Made by a program: the position numbers and the translations under genes. A DNA stretch of 64,000 nt from the human T2T-CHM13v2.0 reference genome, Homo sapiens, in NCBI RefSeq assembly GCF_009914755.1, contig NC_060934.1. One strand, written 5' to 3'. A model generated the notes under the pieces. That model was not told where the DNA came from and did no database searches. It saw only the letters and a list, made by a program, of their open reading frames with translations. The first letter of the stretch is position 1. Each line of letters begins with the position of its first letter. This document shows, piece after piece, positions 58,476 to 64,000 of the stretch.

Positions 58476-59258
58476 TTACTTAGGAAGTAGAGTTTGAAGT
58501 AAAGGAGCAAGAAGATGGGGGAGAGGAGGGTACATTTTGGGGTTCTGCAGGAATTTTTTTAAATGCCATGAAATAAAAGTATGTGAACATACATGATTAA
58601 AAGAACATACTGAATATCTGGGAAAACTGATACTAAACAGTCAACACTGAGAAATATTTTTTAAGAATCAGAAATTTTAAAAAACATTCTTTAAACATCA
58701 AGACAAAAACACTTATAAAGGAAAGTTATATTGACACCATACTTACGAACACTTTATACCAGAAGCTGAAGAAGTATGATACTTAAGATATTCAAAACAA
58801 GAAGCTATGAACCAAGGATTTTAACTTTAGACAAACTGATCTTCAACTATTAATGTAAAGACCACAAGAAAAACTTGTAAGAGCTCAGGGAAAATTGCTC
58901 CCTGAGCCCTCTCCATGGGAGAGCAACTAGGGGATGAATTTCTGAAATAATCAGAGAAGCTTTTGGATAAGAAATGATAGTTACCATCAATATACTGTAT
59001 TTAACTAAAGTTAAACAATGGGGCAGAGTAAAAAGTAGAATGCAGCTTTTTTAGAATCTAGCAATGCAGGTCAAATACAACTACCAAAAATTAGGAAGAG
59101 AAGGGAAATAATATATGTAAAGTAAATAAGTTCATTGATTACCTTTAATTGGGAGTTTTAAAAAAGTATATAGTAGTTTAAATTAGAAGTTGGGAAGAGC
59201 AGGGTAAAGGAATTCCTATTGGTCACTGTTAGGAACCAATACAGTATTTAACAAGAGA

Positions 59259-59342
59259 TTCTAGAATTGAGAATCACTTGAACCCAGGGGGCAGAGGGTG
59301 CAGTGAGCTGAGATTGCATCATTGCAATTCTCAATTCTAGAA
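59259..59342. repeat. 59-bp exact copy of Alu segment 58309-58367 bracketed by a 16-bp perfect inverted repeat
   Basis: 59268-59326 equals 58309-58367 (59/59). Arms ttctagaattgagaat (59259-74) and attctcaattctagaa (59327-42). Confidence 0.95.
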
Positions 59343-59559
59343 ATCTACCTTAAAATATACAGGGGCAGGAAATGTGTAAAATAAGCCTGAGAGACCCTGT
59401 CAGGCCAAAAAGCAAAGAAGCAATCAAAGCCCAGTGCAGTTGGGTCAAAAACAAAACAAAACAAAACAAAACAAAACAAAACACAGGAGTCAACTTGAAG
59501 GCACTCCCACTGGCCAAAGCTGGGGTCATTTTAGCATCAAAAAGAATAATAATTGCACT

Positions 59560-60165
<606 letters not shown>

Positions 60166-60242
60166 AAGAATAATTGCAGTGGACTAAAACCCATCAAATA
60201 TACAAAAATCTTTGTATTCATACCGATAGTAAAAAGAGTTCT

Positions 60243-60523
60243 GGCCGGGCGCAGTGGCTCACGCCTGTAATCCCAGCACTTTGGGAGGCCAAGCAGGCAG
60301 ATCATGAGGTCATGAGTTCGAGACCAGCCTGGCCAACATAGTGAAACCCCAACTCTACTAAAAATGCAAAAAAAAAAAAAAAAAAAATTAGCCAGGCATG
60401 GTGGCGCGGCTGAGGCAGGAGAATCACTTGAAACAAGGAGGCAGAGGTTGTGGTGAGCCAAGATCACGCCACTGCACTCCAGCCTGGGCAACGCAGTGAG
60501 ACTCCATTTCAAAAAAAAAAAAA
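60243..60523 (+). mobile_element. AluS with an expanded A linker and internal deletion
   Basis: TSD aaaagagttct. Confidence 0.93.
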
Positions 60524-61176
60524 AGAGTTCTTACTGATTCACTTTTGGAGGGTGCAAGGGCACCAAAACAACATTGTGAAAATTCGTAGATTAATTGTTC
60601 CTATATAAGCTGTATTTCAAAATAACCTAAGAATTGATAAGGAAAAATTGTTCTGTACAATGATAAGAAAATGATTAAATAAACCATAGCATAAGCGGTT
60701 GATGGATTACAATAATGCCACTAAAAATTATGATTACAAAGTTTAGTGATTAAAGATACGGATCTCTTCTCTATCCTAAGTTGCACTAAGATGATTTTTC
60801 AAATTAAAAATAACAGAAATGAGACAGAAGACTAGAGAGTTCAAAAATTTTTAGAAAAAGGAAGCCACCGCATAGAACCAGACAAAGTGGGGAATTGTTT
60901 AAAAGAGACAATTTGACCCAGGGAACACTGTCATGCTGGCGGATCAGGGATGCCAGGCATGCAGGTGCTGAAACCCTAAATACTGTGAGGGGCTCCTTTC
61001 CCTTGGCTGATCCAGAATGTCAAGCAGCCAGCCACCTAAGGCCCAGGCAGCAGATTCCAGGTCTCTCTGATGAAAAAACTGAAGAGCCATGGAGAAAAAT
61101 GGCTCTTTATTCTGGGATTTGCAATCTCTCCTCCTGTAACCAACAGTAGCTGATTTTTCATCCTTTCCCTCTGAAG

Positions 61177-61398
61177 CAGAGTTTTTAAGTTCTGGCACTA
61201 CTGACATTTTAGGCTGAATAGTTCTTTGTTGTGAGGGGCTTTCCTGTCTATCGCAGGATGTTCAGCAGCATCCCTGAGCTGTTCTCCTAGATGCCAGCAG
61301 TACCCCCTCCTCAAGTCATCACCATCAAAGATGCCTCCAGATGTTGCCAAATGACCAGGAAAGGCGAGAAGGAATCCAACTCAGTCGAAAACCACTGT
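61177..61398. mobile_element. MER20 hAT element
   Basis: 'ggcactactgacatttt...gcaggatgttcagcagcatccctg...ctagatgccagcagta...ctccagatgttgccaaatg...aaaccactg'. Confidence 0.85.
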
Positions 61399-61654
61399 TC
61401 TACAGAGATTCCACCTGTCACCAGGCCCTGCTCCAACACATAGATCTTCCAATCAGCTCTTTTAACAACTCACTATTAAACACAGGCAGACAACCAAGAA
61501 TAAGCAGACATTTGAGGAAAGCCCCCACAGGATAAACACCAAGCAGGCAAAACAGGAAAAAAAAAGTCCCAGAGTAAAGAAAAATTGTGAACAAAATGAG
61601 GAGAATTGAAAATGAAACCGAAACCATTCTACTGAATACTCATCAACAAGCAGA

Positions 61655-61860
61655 GTAGCATGATAGTAAAAATGTAGAACTTGAGTCAGACCACCTGGGT
61701 TCAAGACCAGCTCTACCACCTAACTGGCTGTGTAATCAAAGTGGTACCTCATTCTTCTAATCTTTACAATGGGGTAAAGATTAATATCTATCTAAAGGGT
61801 TGCTGGAAGAGAGAAACAAGGTACTTAGAACTTTGAAAAGTTCATGGAACACAGAATCAA
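61655..61860 (+). mobile_element. MIR
   Basis: 'cagaccacctgggttcaagaccagctctaccacctaactggctgtg'. Confidence 0.7.
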
Positions 61861-62790
61861 CAAAAAGGGGGCTTTTGTTTTGTTTAATTATCCTCAGAAA
61901 GATTCTATAGTGTATCCATGGAATGAGACTAAGATGTTACAAAAAAGAAACAGAGACATTCTTCTCAAATGTACTGGAATTAAAATAGCAGCAGCGAATT
62001 TTTAAGATTTTAAAGAGAAATGTAGTAAAAGTTGAAGAAATCTCTTTAAAAGCAAAGGTAAAATCCAGAAAGGCCAATATTCACCTAAAAGAACTTCTAG
62101 AAAGATGGAAGAGGAGAAGAGCTGAGGGAAGGAAATTATCAAGAAATTAAAGCTGAAGAACAGATGTCTCCAGGACTGAAAAGGTCCATTGGATCCAACC
62201 ATTACAACGACTGGGGTGCAGATAAAGAACTCCTTGCAACCCCACACTAACCTCATCACTGTGAAATTTCTCCTCCAACACACTCACACTGGTTAATTCT
62301 TCAGCAACTTTCAGATCTTATTTAACTAGATCAGTGATCAGTTCTTCAATAAAACTTCCCAGAATCTTGGAAAATACCCCCTTCTCTGCCCCTTATACAC
62401 TCAAAGCACCAAAAACCTGTCCCTATCTCAGTAATAATTACACACTTACTCAAGTGATTACTTGAGTGTTGATTCCAAGAGTCATATGGTTTAAGACCAC
62501 CGTGTCTGTTTTTCACCATTGCATCCCCATCATCTAACACAATCTATAATAACTATTTAAATACATTTTATATAAATGAGCCATATAATAAAATTACTGA
62601 TTTCTTGGAAATATCATACATTAATAATAATACATACCTCTACTACAGAGTTTCACAACTCATTACATGAAATAAAAAAATTTCACAAGTTTTTCGTACT
62701 GCTTTGGCCTGAATTTGCTTCTTTTATCTTTAACCCATCAGTGACAGAACTAAATTCTTTAAGCTAGGTCTCAGATATCCCGAAGGAATG

Positions 62791-62805
62791 AGCACCACCT
62801 AGTGG
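62791..62805 (-). promoter_or_regulatory. Candidate CTCF binding site
   Basis: Minus strand CCACTAGGTGGTGCT matches CCASYAGRKGGCRSY at 14/15 positions, in apparently non-repeat sequence. Confidence 0.6.
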
Positions 62806-63719
62806 AGGCACATAATATTAAAAAGTGGCTTGAAACACTACCTAAATTTACTAGGCACACAATAGTGGCTAGCCAAATATTTATTCAAATTAAAAGACAA
62901 AGATACATGCCAACTTTGTCAAGTAATGAAAATCAAATTTTTACCATCTGTATAATTTATAACATTCCAATTTAAACAAATGAAATTCACAAATAAAATG
63001 TATTTTTAAAGTTGGCAGTTAACATCCTTTCATTTAGCTTTTAACTGAACACAGAAATGAAAACAATGAGGAAGAAAGCAATTCTAGATGCTATGCTTCC
63101 AAAGTGAGAAAGAAAATAAAGGTACAATTAAAACACTAATTGCATATGAAAATACACCATTTGATACACTCAAGCCTTTCAAAAAAAATAGGAAAGTTTT
63201 TTATCAGAAGGGAGGGGGTGTATTATACTTTGATATTGATAGCCCTCACTTGCTAAGCAAAAATAATTGTGAAATGTAGTAATGAAACAGGGGACTCTAA
63301 GAACAATGTAGATACATTTGTCTTCTAGTTTTATTAGTGATGAAAGGAAACACAAATCAAAAGTATCCAGGATAGCACACTCCTGGGTTAATATATTAAT
63401 ATTAAACTGGAATAATCAAGTAAAACAGGGACATCTTACAAGACATATCACCCTTTCTCAAGCCTTGCCACAGTGGTTGCAGAGGGGAGATGCATGTCTA
63501 TCAAAGAAGAAAATGTAAAAATTACCAAGTTTTGACAAGAAAATGAATATGAACTTTCTACAGCGCAACTGTTAGATCAATAGCAACTACCTAAAAGTAA
63601 TTAGCCTCATGCAATGTTAATAACTATTTATTTTAATTTCTACATCACTAAGCCATATTTGAAAAATATATTTGAAATGTAATATAGTGAAAATACTTGT
63701 TAAAATTAAGTTATAAATA

Positions 63720-64000
63720 ATATTGTGGTAATAAGCAATGCCTAAACCTTAGCAGCATATAACAACGAAAGTTTATATTCCCCCAGACACTCTCTGTCTA
63801 CTGCATTTCCTCTGTGAACTCTGCTCCACAAGCCCACGTGCTCAGACCCAGGTGGGGAGAACTCCCACCACCTGGAACATCAGCAGTCAGCAATGGGGGC
63901 TGGAGGGTAGGAAGAAGAGACAGAGTGCACTGACTGCTAAAGGCTTCTGCCCAGCGGTGACACACTTCACTCCCACTCACATTCTATTGACTAAACAAGT
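63720..64000 (-). mobile_element. Old MLT1-type LTR fragment
   Basis: 'aacaacgaaagtttatatt...ctctgctccac...ctcagacccagg...cacttcactcccactcacattctattg'. Confidence 0.55.

Overview
Primate, almost certainly human, genomic DNA covering the middle of MPP7 (MAGUK p55 scaffold protein 7) on the minus strand. Eight coding exons with canonical GT-AG boundaries were reconstructed by hand: 33102-33179, 30603-30683, 14721-14852, 8171-8252, 7191-7276, 3754-3828, 3354-3550 and 2811-2875. They splice into one continuous frame covering the L27 region, PDZ, SH3 and the start of the HOOK region. The start-codon exons and the GUK-domain exons lie outside the window. The rest is intronic and rich in transposable elements (Alu, L1, L2, MIR, MaLR/ERV LTRs, hAT/Tigger DNA elements). 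Apart from three ORFs overlapping true exons, the supplied ORFs look like repeat-derived or chance frames. I see no new multi-gene system. The most unusual signal is a 68-bp piece of MPP7's own coding sequence inside one of its introns (5738-5805). It aligns without gaps across the junction of two spliced exons, with the polarity expected for in-cis RNA-templated DNA break repair. Also notable are two other locally templated insertions (56622-56810 and 59259-59342), a candidate poison exon (2118-2180) and a good CTCF motif. Repeat subfamily names and exon numbers come from recall of consensus sequences and annotation, not from a search.
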